This document shows, piece after piece, positions 51,943-64,000 of a stretch of DNA of 64,000 bases (within the stretch, counting starts at the first letter, position 1; every line of letters starts with the position of its first letter). The notes beneath the pieces are model-generated. The model saw only the letters and a program-made list of their open reading frames with translations, made no database searches and had not been told where the DNA came from. A program made the translations under genes and the position numbers. Source of the stretch: Octopus vulgaris (lineage: Eukaryota); NCBI GenBank assembly GCA_951406725.2, contig OX597827.1:2852001-2916000 (forward strand), written 5' to 3'.

Positions 51943-52674
51943 ATATGTATGTATATATGTATGTATATATAAATTCTCTTCCATGGCTGGTCTGTCTCAC
52001 GCCCCCTCTCTTTTTCTCTATCTCTCCTTGCTCTTATTTTCCCTCCTTTCTCTCCTAATTTTCAATTTCCCCAACTTGACTCCCACTTAGATATTTCCTT
52101 CCACGCCACCTACCTCTTAACCAAACATCCATAGTTCTATCACTTTTAGCTATTTTATTTTCAACCCTTTTTTTTTGTTTTTTTTTTTTGTTTTGGTTCC
52201 CATGTTTCAACCCTCAGCCCTATCCCCAACCCAATCTACTTTCACAATTACTACAAATCTCATGTACCAACCAAGTACCCTGTCCTCCCCTCCGCCACCC
52301 ACTCATTATCCCTTATATCTCTGATGGAGGAGTTGCATGTGTGTGATGGGGGGGATGGTGCTTTTTCTCTTGTAACAACAAAAGAAATACCCACAATTTC
52401 TTTTTTTCTTCTTTTTTCTTATGTGTGTGTGTGTGAATAACAGAACCACAACTAGAAGTTTACAACAAAAGCAGAACTGCAAAACTAATAACAGAAACAT
52501 AGCCACAACAACATTAGCAAAAATTAAAACCTTCAGCAAGAACATCAACCAAAATAATTTTTACAAAAAAGTAATTATATAAATACAACCAAATCATGAA
52601 GGGAAAAGAAACGAGGCAGAGAATAAAGCATTATTTTGAAACTGCTAACTTGATTAAAGCTAAGGCTGGTGATA

Positions 52675-53995
52675 GTTGGGGTGGTAGTGTAGTGTCAGTG
52701 GTAGTGTGGTGGTAATGTTGTTGTTGTGGTGGTGGTGGTAGTCTGGCTCTAGGGAGTGTGGTGTTAGTGTTGGAGTAGTGTTGCAGTAGTGGTAGTGTTG
52801 TGGTAGTAGTGGTCATAGTCTGATGATGGTAGTGGTATGACAATGGTAGTGGTGATGGTGGTAGTGTATAATGGTGGTGGCATGACAGTGGTTGTGGTGT
52901 GGTGGTAGTGTAGATGGTGGTAGTGGTAGTATATAATGGTGGTAGTATGATAGTTGTGGTTGTGATAGGGTTGTGGTGATGGTGGTGGTGTTGTTATTGA
53001 TGGTAGTCATGGTAATAGTGACAGGGGTTGTAGTATAGGCAGTAGTTCCGCGATAGCAGTGTTGTTATTGTTGGTGGTGGTGGTGGTGGTATAAGTGGTG
53101 GTGGCAATGGTAGAGTTGGTGGTATAGGTGGAGATGTTGATGGTGATGATGATGGTGGTGTGGGAAGGGGTGGGGGTTGATAGCAGTGGTTGTGGTGGTG
53201 GAGGTGATAATCTTAGTACTAGCAGTTATTTTACCACCTCCACCACCCCTGCCCTTCTACTACCATATCAACAGCTTTCTGACCACCACCAGAACAACCA
53301 CCACTTCAAACTTCTAATCCTACTCTTGACCCCCTACCACCAACAGCCACCCTAACCTACATCTACTGTGATAGTCACTGCCTATTGCAAATATTACTAC
53401 CACTAACAGCCACCACCTCTACTACAATTTCGACTACTAACCAGCACCACAACTCCTATCAACACTAACTACTACCACCACCTTTACTACTACTATTAGC
53501 AACCACTTCCAGCACTACTCCTACTCACCTCCACTTCTATTAGTAGCTACCACCACTACAACTACTACTACTACAAACCATCACTACTACTACTACTACA
53601 ATTCTATGAGCCACCACCACTACTATTTACTATACTACTATCCACCAACACCACCACTAAGACTACTACTACCACCACTACAACTACTACTATTAGAAAC
53701 AAACCACCACTACTATTTACTATACTACTATCCACCAGCACCACCACTAAAACTATTACTACCACCACTAAGACTATTACTACCACAACTACTACTACTA
53801 CAACAAACCATCACTACTACTACTACAATTCTATGAGCCACCACCACAACTATTTACTATACTACTACCACCACCACCACCAACAACAATTACTATTACT
53901 ACTATTCCAACTCTAATCAACACCAATATTATTATCAATACAACTACAACCTTCTCCAAAACAACACCATCACCACCAGCAGCAACAACAACAAT
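52675..53995. repeat. (GGT/AGT)-rich tract followed by an (ACC/ACT)-rich tract with internal tandem duplications
   Basis: Composition flips near 53220; the block accaccactactatttactatactacta recurs three times between 53575 and 53880. Confidence 0.85.
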
Positions 53996-54432
53996 ATGTC
54001 TTGAACAAGAACAACAAAAATGATTGCTTTTCTTTCTTTCATTTTGGTCCCACTGTCCCCTTATCCCAACCAACCAACTCCTACTTCATTCTATATTCTG
54101 TCCAATCCATTTTACTCATCCACAAGATCTTGAAACTAAGAATGCTCTCCATTCAAAGGAATAGGTTTGTTTTGTTTAGGTTTTTTTTGTCGTTTTTTTT
54201 TGTTTTATTACGTATGGTTTTTATTGTTTTGGTTTGTTTTATGCTTTTATATTTATTTGATTTGGTGGTGGGGGGGGATTTTTGTTGCTTCTTCAATGGC
54301 AATTTAGTACTCTCTCAGTAGTGGTTGACAAAACATTCTGATTGGATGACTTTCAACACCAACAGAAGCTTCTCCATCTATTCTATATCAGAATGGTATT
54401 TTCTTAAGCCTTGCTCTCTTTTTTTTTTAAAT

Positions 54433-54483
<51 letters not shown>

Positions 54484-54876
54484 CATTATTCTTATTATTG
54501 TTATGGCTTTTTGTTTGGTTTGGTTTGTGATTCTCCAGCTGACTGAGCATGGAGGAATCCTATTCAAAGTCATGAATTGATCTTGTTCTTTCTGAACCTT
54601 TATTCCATCTTTCAAAGAATCCAAATCCAGGAAAAAACAAAAAAAAACAAACAAATAAATAATTAAATAAATAAATAAAAATAAAACAAAAATAAAAATA
54701 AATTAGCAAATTAGAGAAGGGAAGAAAGGAGAAATAAATTTTTACACATTTAGCCGACATACTTTGTTTGGGCCAAGTTGAACATGAGTATAACAGTATA
54801 ATTGGCTGAGATAGAAAGAGAATGTGGGTAGATACCATGAGTTCACTATGGTTGTATATGTGTGTATATATGAATG

Positions 54877-54909
<33 letters not shown>

Positions 54910-56754
54910 TACATGTGTGTGTGTGTTATGTGCTTGTTTGTTGGAACAAGGAATCTAAATCACAAGAATGGAAACAGATTTATAAAGCTGTACATTAAAT
55001 CAACAATAAAGATATATACACATACATATATATTTATACACATACATAAATATTTATCTATTTACCCATTAATGTATCTCCCTATATACCCACTCATACA
55101 CACACACACACTCACATTTATATCATCATCATCATCATCATTGATTGAATGTTCACTTTTCTATTCTCGCATGAGTCAGATGAAATTCCATTACTTCTGT
55201 GGCTCAGTGCTCTTTCTGATGCCAACCCTCGTTGGTTTCCAAGTGAGTTAAAATATCCCAAAATCTTACATAGATAAACAGCACACACACGCACACACAC
55301 ACACACATGTTCATTGAGTGCACAGGACTTAAAGTTTCCTTTGATTTTATTCCAGCCAGCTGATGCGATAGCAATGAGAATAATCAGCTGAAGTACTCGG
55401 GCAGTTGCTTAAACAATTCCAAAACTTATCACCATGCTTTTCCAGAATCCAATGATCTGTTTTATTTTTGCTACTTTCGATGACTGGAATAAGGATTTGA
55501 ACTCAGTATGTCCATATCCAAAACAGATCTTTAATCTTTTACTTATTTCAGTCATTTTACTGCAGCCATGCTTGGGCACAGCCTTGAAGAGTTTAATCCA
55601 GTACCAAACAAATTTACTCCAGTACTTTTTCATTTTTAAAGCCTGGGGCTTATTGTATCAGTCTCTCTTGCCGAACTGCTACGTTATGGATATGTAAACA
55701 AACACACACTGATTGTCAAGCTGTGGTAGATACATATGCATGTGCACACATATATACATACAAACATGCACACACATATCTTTTATCTTTTACTTCTTGG
55801 AAACAATACGTTGCTCTGAAGTTGAGAGCAATGCCCATGTGTTAGAAAGATCATATGATCTCCTCCATCTTTGCCAATGGGAGTGCTACATGTCTCTCCT
55901 TTTTTGCAACACATGTATATATACATACACACACTCACATGGAGAATGAGTTTCTTTCAGTTTTGTTCTACCAAATCTACTCACAAAGCCTTGATTGGAC
56001 CAAGGCTGTTACAGAATACACTTGCCCAAAGTGTCATGAGATGGGACTGCTGACCAAAGCCTCGTGAGTAGATTTGGTAGATGGAAACTGTAAGAAGACC
56101 TTTATATGTATGTATGCTAATATATATATAAACAGGATCTCCTGAAATTATGGCAACTGAAGTTTCGCTGTGAAGCAAGCTTCTTCACAACTCCAGCCGC
56201 CACAATTCATCTTATTCAGCATGCTAACATTCAGCATACTAATCTACCATACTGGACTAGCACTTTATTTACCAAGCCCTAAAGGATGAAAGTCACAAGG
56301 GAGTAGATGAAAGTACATCATTGATAAGGCTGCAGGCTTTGACCAAAGTACTATGACAAACCAATTGATTGGTTGATCAATCAATGGATCACATCTTAAG
56401 TTAACAATTAAATTGATAATAAGAAATGAGATCTGACTGGTGCAAATCTTTTAATTCTGTGCATCTGTTTCAAGACACACTTTTCTATTTAAACAGATGT
56501 TTGCTTCCCAATCACATGGTCTAAGGTTCAGTCCCACTGTATGACAACTTAGATAGGTGTTTTCTAATTTTTGATATAGCCTCAGGCTGACGAAAGCAAT
56601 TTGGGTGGATTTAAGTTGACAGAAACCAAAAGAAGCCTATTGTGTGCATGTGTGAAGGTATACTATATAGTATTTATGTGTGTGTGTGTGTGGTTGCCCA
56701 TGCTAGCATGGAAAACGGACGCTAAACGATGATGATGATGATGATATATATATA

Positions 56755-57131
56755 AATCGAAAAGTGAAATCGAAATCGCTCAAAAACCAATGGAAATTGT
56801 AGTTGTAATACCAGTGCTGGTGGCATGTAAAAGAACCATCCGAATGTGGCCGTTGCCAGCACCGCCCTGACTGGCCTCCATGCCGGTGGCACGTAAAAAG
56901 CATCAACCGATCGTGGCCATTGCCAGCCTCGCCTGGCACCTGTGCTGGTGGCACGTAAAAAGCACCCACTACACTCACGGAGTGGTTGGCGTTAGGAAGG
57001 GCATCCAGCTGTAGAAACACTGCCAGATCAGACTGGAGCTTGGCGCAGCCTTCTGGCTTCCCAGACCCCAGTCGAACCATCCAACCCATGCTAACATGGA
57101 AAGCGGACGTTAAACGATGATGATGATGATG
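56755..57131 (+). mobile_element. Family C1 element, full-length reference copy
   Basis: 5' end caatggaaattgtagttgt, internal repeats of about 63 bp, ttggcgttaggaagggcatccagctgtagaaac, and a ggacgttaaac(GAT)n tail; an extra tail fragment lies at 56698-56744. Confidence 0.88.
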
Positions 57132-57181
57132 TAATATAGGTGTATAAAGGTTGAATTTGGATTCATCCTTCAATATATATA

Positions 57182-57460
57182 AGTTCAGCAAAATTTAGAT
57201 TCAGATGAATATGGTACTTAAGTTAAAGGCACCAGAATTTTGTATGGTATTATCCATATAAATCAAATGGGGGGATTATAATGTTGGCAAATGAAATAAG
57301 TATAAGAATGTGCATTGTCCATTTAATTGGAAAATTCCATATGTGGCTGAAGATTGCTTGACATTTTAAAACTGATGTAATACTTAGTGTTTAATAAAAT
57401 GAAGTAGCATGAAACAATTGTACTACTCTACCTTGGATATCCTTGTTGCTTATTTTGATA
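57182..57460 (+). mobile_element. Penelope-like terminal fragment, same family as 16072-17348
   Basis: 57182-57267 is the reverse complement of 17261-17347, while 57340-57460 is a direct homolog of 17125-17246. Confidence 0.75.
57343..57426 (+). ncRNA. Minimal type I hammerhead ribozyme motif
   Basis: gtgg-CTGAAGA-t-tgct...agca-t-GAAAC-aatt-GTA-ctac; core nucleotides intact. Confidence 0.65.
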
Positions 57461-57821
57461 TATATATATATATATATATTGAACTCACGTTCAATGTATA
57501 TGCCTACTTGTTTGCTGGTAGGCAGCAATTTACCATGGTGGAGATGACTACCACAAAACGCCAGGAGTTAAAACACCTGAAAGTCATAGACAGACAATAT
57601 AACATGCCCCAAATCCTATTTAAGGGCAATGGACATCAATGTTTTACCATTTTTGTGGCTTATCAACATCATGTATTTGAACTGAATCGGAGGCAAACTG
57701 AATCACCAGTAGTCAAATGGTTGTGGTAGGGGACAAACACAGACACAAAGACTCGTACACAGAGATATAAGCACATACATTCATGCATACATACATACAT
57801 ACATACATATATTTATATAAA

Positions 57822-58059
57822 AGGTGCGGTGAATATATATTGTCGTCTAAATTACACGAAAATGAACATAACTCTGACACCTCATTTTAACAGATATATT
57901 TACCAAAATTACATAAAAATACCTTGAAATACTAAAGAGTAAATTCAATCAATAAAATCACCATTGGTCTCCAGATGACTTTGGAATCTCCTCCAACTCT
58001 TCTGGCTGGTCTCCTTGTTTAAGTTGGTGAATGCTGCCATAATCCTTGCATTCAGTTCA

Positions 58060-58062
<3 letters not shown>
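57822..58062 (-). mobile_element. 3' end of the DD37D transposon family
   Basis: DELNARIMAAFTNLNKETSQKS...NGDFID* plus the right terminus, homologous to 18502-18753. Confidence 0.9.
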
Positions 58063-58106
<44 letters not shown>

Positions 58107-58151
58107 GTGTGTAAATATATATATAGTATATAAATGTACATATCTCTCTCT

Positions 58152-58192
<41 letters not shown>

Positions 58193-58254
58193 CACACACA
58201 CACATACATACACATACTAGATGTACGCACCAGCTGATGCACAGTGGAAAGGAA

Positions 58255-58820
58255 AAAATACTATTTTGAACTTCATGTAATAAAATTCTTGAATAATACA
58301 GTTTCCTTGCCTTTGGTGTGACAACATAAACACGACCAAGTGGTTCTTCTTTGACAACCTTCAAATGGCCTTAACTTTTTGCCTTTGCTTTCTTCTTTGC
58401 CATTCTTTGTTACTACTGTTCCAAATAAAATACATGGGTTCCTCAGCATAAAGTGGTGTTTTGGGAAAGTCGTCGTTGATATAAAATGAAATGAATTCTG
58501 TCCAATGTTGTTCTCATATATTGTTCATTGACAGCCATATGTATCCCCATTATTTCAGAGAGCAATATTCTTAGTTCATATGGTAGATGAACTTACAGTT
58601 TCTCTATTGCAAGTGCTCTTTCATGAATCGAAAATCCTAAAATGGATGCAACTGCTTTGGATGGTCCAATACACCTACCCATTAGATATTGACTAATTTC
58701 ATTATCATTGTTTATATGAACAGCAATTTGGTCTTTTCATTTCAGCATGTACTTGGTGATGTACTTAATTGACCTCACTGAGGTAACGATTTCAAGGTAC
58801 AACCCATTTGTTGTTTATTT
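58255..58820 (-). pseudogene. Helitron Rep/helicase fragment
   Basis: NNKWVVP, SVRSIKYITKYMLK, NEISQYLMGRCIGPSKAV..ILGFSIHER...VHLP and LGRVYVVTP...LYYSRILLHEV. Confidence 0.88.
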
Positions 58821-59705
58821 TGCCATTCTTATGAGATTCAGTTCCTCCCACCCCCATTGCAACTGATTTTCGTCTATAAAGAGATTGTCTCTCTGTTTTT
58901 CTGCCTTTTGATTAAGATGATAAAGATCAATATTTAAATAAAATAGTAATTTTCCCCTTTAAAAAAAAAAAGAAATCAAGTACCCATGATTCAAAAATAT
59001 CTCAAAAATATAGGGAGAATTTCTTTCAAGTCCACAGCACTCCCAAAGTTGTATAAATGATTAAGGGGAGAAAAAAAAGGAAAAAGGAGGGATGGATGAC
59101 AAGGCTTTGAAGTGTCGGCATTTTCAACTTTATTTGTTTTTTCTCAAAGGGAGGAATGACTTTATTATTTATAATCTTTATCATCCTAATCAAATGGCAG
59201 AAAAACAAACTTTGAATTTTAGTATTATATATGTGTGTGTGTGTGTTTGTGTGTGTTTGTGTGTGTGTGTGTGTGTGTACATCTCATCTCTTATATGCTT
59301 AGATGGGTAAGGCACATCTTGTTAATGTGCTGTTCTGTAATCAGAAGCTCTTCTTGATGCTCTTCCCTTTCTTATTTTCAAGGTATTTAATTCTCATCTT
59401 TGCCTGCCGATCCTCTGAACTGCAGGACAATATGTGGAACGTTGTTACCTCTGCCCCAGTTGCACCAATGCTAAGTCACAGAGAAAAAAACAAGTACACA
59501 CAAACATACTTATATATATATACACGCAAGACATTGCTATGAGATTAGGAAGTTTGATTCCCAACCACATGATTGAACCTGTGGGTTCAATCCCAGTGTG
59601 TTGTCTTAGGCGTCTCCTGCTATAGTTCTGAGTCAACTAAAGTGGATTTAGTAGATGGAAATTGAATAAAGCCTATTGTGTGTGTGTATGTACATTATGT
59701 ACATA

Positions 59706-59736
<31 letters not shown>

Positions 59737-59739
59737 TAT

Positions 59740-59930
59740 GTTAGCACACAGGGTAAAATGCTTGGTGGCATTTCAGCTGTCTTTATGCTCTGAGTTCAAA
59801 TTCCACTGAGGTCAACTTCCCCTTTCATTCTTTGAGTTGATGAATTAAGTACCAGTCAAATACTGGGGTGGATGTGATTGACTATCCTGCTCCACCAAAA
59901 TTTCAGACCATGTGCCTATAGTAGAGAGGA
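59740..59930 (+). mobile_element. Family B SINE
   Basis: Head, central block and tail type 2. Confidence 0.8.
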
Positions 59931-59932
59931 TA

Positions 59933-60014
59933 TCTTTATTATATAAAATCCGTTCTGTCTGTGTGTATGTCTTCTAGGATCTCGGACATCTTCCATCTGA
60001 TTGCACTCAAATTC
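59933..60014 (+). mobile_element. 5' end of a non-autonomous Helitron
   Basis: A|TCtttattatataaaatccgttctgtctg..., matching the element starting at 62636. Confidence 0.7.
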
Positions 60015-60146
60015 ACTCACAAGGCTTTGGTCGGACCGAGGCTATAGTAGAAGATACTTGTCCAAGGTGCCATGCAGTGGCACTGAATCCAGAACCATGT
60101 GGCAGGGAAGCAAGCTACTTGCCACACAGCCATACCTGTGCCTATG

Positions 60147-61575
60147 TTAGGTTGTGATGTATCAATCTCTATAGTAACCTGCTCAATGAGAATTTCATTG
60201 GATGCTTGTTCATTTCTTATAACCTTTAGTAGTTTACTGATTGTGGGATGAGTTATGTAAAGTCTTTTTTCAAAATCCTGAAACCATCCCCTCTCTCTCT
60301 CTCTTTTGGAGAGGCACAAGCACCTACACGCACATGTACACACACGGCAGTAACTTCCGCCTGCCGAATTCAATCACAAAGCTTTGGTCGGCTCGGGGCT
60401 ATAGCAGAAGACACCTACCCAAAGTGCCACACAGTGGGACTGAACCCGAAACCATGTAGCTAGGAAGCAAGCTCCCTAACCACACAGCCATGCCCGCGCC
60501 CTTTGAGAGAATTGTTTGCTCTCAGCAAATTATCATGAACTTGAGTGTGGACAGACCACAAATCAACATCAAAAATTGGTTTCCTTCAATGCCCTCTCTG
60601 GACTATTCCTAACTGCGTACTTTCAAAGTAAACAAGATAATCACTTAATAACTAATCAGTTTCATCTAAGGAATTCACCAATTCATAAAATAATTGATGC
60701 CCATCTGTGGGTGGGACAAAGGCAAATGTTTGTAATTGCTCGATGAAAAGGGCATTACTTGTTTCAACATACCAGTGTTGCAGTCCACACGACGGGATAT
60801 TGCACCATAAACATTGCCCAGAATGAAAGAAACAACCCAGTATTGATATATTAGGAAAGTTCTTCTTAAAGCTGTTTATTGTTGCTTATTTGAAGTCGAT
60901 TGTTATTGAATCCAGATCCTGAACACTTTTGCTTTTCAAAAACATAAAAAATTTCATTATAGATTTCCTCTTTGTTACTTGTAATACAATACACCAATGG
61001 CAAGGTTTTGTTCCCTGAAACAGTAACATGTATAGTATACAGCTGTTTGCTTAGGGGAACAGAGTCAAATGTGCCATTACCTAACTATGTTTGTTTGCCA
61101 GATAGTAATTTCAAATTTTTTACTGTTGTTAAAATAGAAACAGCAATGGTTTCACATAGCTGAAAATTTTCTCCATGTGTTGTCATATCCAAGTCTTCGC
61201 TATCATCAATCTTTCTTGCTCACTTTACCATTCTCCCGAACATTTCTCTTCTAAGCAGAGAACCAGCAATGTTGAGAGGCAACTCCTCCATGACATTATT
61301 AATTATAGCCCCAACATCACCTCTTCTGTCTGTTTGGCTGTAGTCCTCATTTTAGCCAAAGCTTTTAGAACATTAATATGAACACCATCTGGAGGATGTG
61401 ATTCATTTAAAACATTTCCATCTTCAGTACCACTTTTAGTTCTAATTCTAGCATTGCACACTTTTCGTTTTTCACATCTCCAGTAAGTGGTTTCCGTAAC
61501 TTTTTTATCGACAATGTATGTATATCCATTAAGAAGGAGCTTTCTACCATAACCTGCTGTTTTAGTGAATTCCAT
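60147..61575 (-). pseudogene. Mutator-like (MULE) transposase with N-terminal FLYWCH zinc finger, disrupted
   Basis: KLLLNGYTY...YWRCEKRKVCNARI...H; GNGTFDSVP..QLYTIH...LPLVYC; GCFFHSGQCLW; RANNSL, then GW...HPTISKLL..IRNEQ; split by a SINE A fragment at about 60292-60500. Confidence 0.88.
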
Positions 61576-61634
61576 GGTCAAACTGTGGGGATAAAATGAT
61601 TTACTTTTAAAAAAAAGTATGTAATTAAATATTG

Positions 61635-61782
61635 AACTATTTTTAATCTCATTAAATCTTAAGTTCCAAATTGATGAATCGGTCACTATAATATGTGGGT
61701 AGGAATTTTTTGTTTATCCTTTTTATCTATTAGAGAAGATGTTTTTGAGATTAACTATTTTTAATCTCATTAAATCTTAAGT
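61635..61782. repeat. 30-bp direct repeat upstream of the MULE ORF
   Basis: aactatttttaatctcattaaatcttaagt at 61635 and 61753. Confidence 0.9.
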
Positions 61783-62242
61783 GATAAATTGGTGAATTGG
61801 TCATTAAACTATGTTGGTAAGAATGTTTTTTTTTTATTATTGCATCCATTTGGCTTCTTGTCTTTCAGCAAAAGTGCATTTAGCATCCTGTCCATGCATG
61901 ATAGACATGCAAACACATACTCATACACGCACACATACATACTCTACACATACATGCACATACACAAGCACACACACATATATATACACATGTATATGTA
62001 TCTGAGTTTGTATTTGTTTATCTTCTAATATTGTGTGATTGTTGTAAATGAATATCATTCATTTCTAGTATTCTGGCAATGGGGAAATATTGGTTTCAAA
62101 TTTTGGCATAACATTAGCAATTTCAGAGGAGGAGTAAGTGGGATCATATCAAACCCTGTGCTCAACTGGTACTTACTTTATTGACTTCAAAAAACGAAAA
62201 GGAAAGTCAACCTCAGCAGAATTTGAGCTCAAAACAATAATA

Positions 62243-62610
62243 TCATCATCATCATCATTTAGCATCCGTTTTCCATGCTAGCATGGGTTGGACGGTTCGA
62301 CCGGGGTCTGGTAAACCATGGAGGCTGCACCAAGCTCTAGTCTGATTTGGCAGTGTTTCTACAGCTGGATGCCCTTCCTAATGCCAACCACTCCATGAGT
62401 GTAGTGGGTGTTTTTTACGTGCCACCGGCACAGGGGCCAGATCGGGCTGGCAAACAGCCACGATCGGTTGGTGCTTTTACGTGTCACCGACACGGACTCC
62501 AGTCAGGTGGTGCTGGCATCTGCCACGTTCGGAGTCACTGGCACAGGTGTCTTAACTACAATTTCCATTTGATTTTTATCTGGCATCAGCCACGTTCGGA
62601 TGGTGCTTAT
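62243..62610 (-). mobile_element. Family C1 element
   Basis: Reverse complement of 56755-57131. Confidence 0.85.
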
Positions 62611-62635
62611 ACAATAATCATGATAATAATGATAA

Positions 62636-63016
62636 TCTATTATATAAAATCCGTTCTGTCTGTCTGTGAGTGTGTCTTCTAGGATCTCAGACATCCCCAT
62701 CTGATTGCGCTCAAATTTGATATGTAGATACTGACGGTATCAGAACGTGTATAAGTCTTGAAAAAATTACAAAAATCGATTGCAGGTGAGAATGCGATCG
62801 ATGAAGCCATGGGAACGTGCATTTGTAAAATCGTTTTTCTTGGAATAGAAAAAAGTCAATCTTTATTTCTTCTTTTGCTGGTGTCTCAAATTTATATTAA
62901 ATCAGTGTTTCTCAAAGGGGAGGTCTATGGGACGATTGGACAAGTTGTTTTGAGAAAATTTGGTTTAAAAGTTTGACAACTCAGTACCTTCCATTGGACG
63001 GGGGGCGTTTTGCTCG
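62636..63016 (+). mobile_element. Non-autonomous Helitron
   Basis: A|TCTATTATATAAAA start; GC-rich sub-terminal patch and ...gcgttttgCTCG|T end (variant of CTAG). Confidence 0.65.
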
Positions 63017-63789
63017 TAATATATATATGACCAGCTTCTTTCAGTCTCTCTCTACCAAATTCATTCACAATTCTTTGGTCAGCCCAAGGCTATAGTAGAA
63101 TACACTTGCCCAACGTGTCACAAGTGGGACTGAACCCAGAACTATGTGGTTAGGAAGCAAGCATCTTACCCCACAGCCAGACGAAATGTCACTAACCATT
63201 TTGCCCAGCTGAGTACCAGTTCTGCAAGTTCGCTAACTTATAGCCATAAGAAAATATTACCTTGCTAGGAAAACAGGTGAAGGCTGGGCAACAGGAAGGA
63301 CATCTGACCACAAAAAAATCTGCCATAAGCAATTCCATCTGACCCATGCGAGCATGGAAAAGTCGATGTTAAAACAATGATGACAATGACACACACACTC
63401 ACTCACTCACTCTCTCCCTCTTTCTCTCCGTCTCTCCCCATCTCTCTTCCTCTCTCTCTCTCCGTCTCCCATCTCTCTTCCTCTCTCTCTTCCCCCCCTC
63501 TCTCTCTCTGCCTCCATACAATTTCTCCCTATCAATTTTATTTAGAAGGCATTGGTCAACCCAAGTCTTTAGTTGAAGAACATTTGCCCAAAGTGCCACA
63601 AAGTGAGATCAAACCTGAAAATACATAATTACAAAGTGAACTTCTTAACCGCATAGCAATGTGTGTGTGTGTGTTTGTGTATACATCTAAGCGTTTTTGT
63701 GTGTATGCTTGTGTGGGCATGTGTAAGTATGTGTATCTGAGTGGATGTCATTTAAATTTATTGGTTTCTTTTATGTCCCTACTTTAACT

Positions 63790-63925
63790 ATAATATTTCT
63801 TCTATTCCAATGCACCAGATCTACTTTGTTTGTATATCTCTGTAGCTTTTATTTGATCATAGATATGTCCAAACCAACATAATGCATGTTTGATCTTCCA
63901 TACTTGAGACATGGTAGAAGTATCT
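63790..63925 (-). pseudogene. RTE-type fragment
   Basis: VWKIKHALCWFGHI resembles the RTE xxRRLxWFGHI motif. Confidence 0.4.
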
Positions 63926-64000
63926 TTCTTTTTCTCTTTCCCTTTCTGTATGTGTGTGCGTATGTGTATGTGTGTGTGTACATACACACACACACGTATT

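Overview
Eukaryotic, AT-rich, microsatellite-saturated DNA with no confidently identifiable host gene; it reads as intergenic sequence or the interior of a large intron. The repeat families and microsatellite load suggest a coleoid cephalopod, most likely Octopus (inference, not checked against a database). Almost all ORFs in the track are translated microsatellites or SINE sequence. The dominant repeats are three tRNA-headed SINE families (A, B, D) and a (GAT)n-tailed family (C). Decayed coding transposon remnants include DD37D/maT transposases, a FLYWCH-MULE transposase, a Helitron Rep, RTE, R4/Dong, HERO-like and CRE-like non-LTR elements, and a Gypsy integrase. Non-autonomous DNA elements include piggyBac-type, hAT-type, Helitron and Helentron-type copies. 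The most interesting signal is a set of Penelope-like inserts, mostly in (TA)n tracts, carrying hammerhead-ribozyme cores. Two unrelated-looking sequences (15296-15368 + and 41741-41818 -) share the same re-ordered, co-varying hammerhead-like architecture. A separate element at 47357-47768 fuses a tRNA-like Pol III head to a hammerhead and is bounded by a 12-bp direct repeat. All RNA structures were paired by eye and are untested, and most repeat boundaries are approximate.
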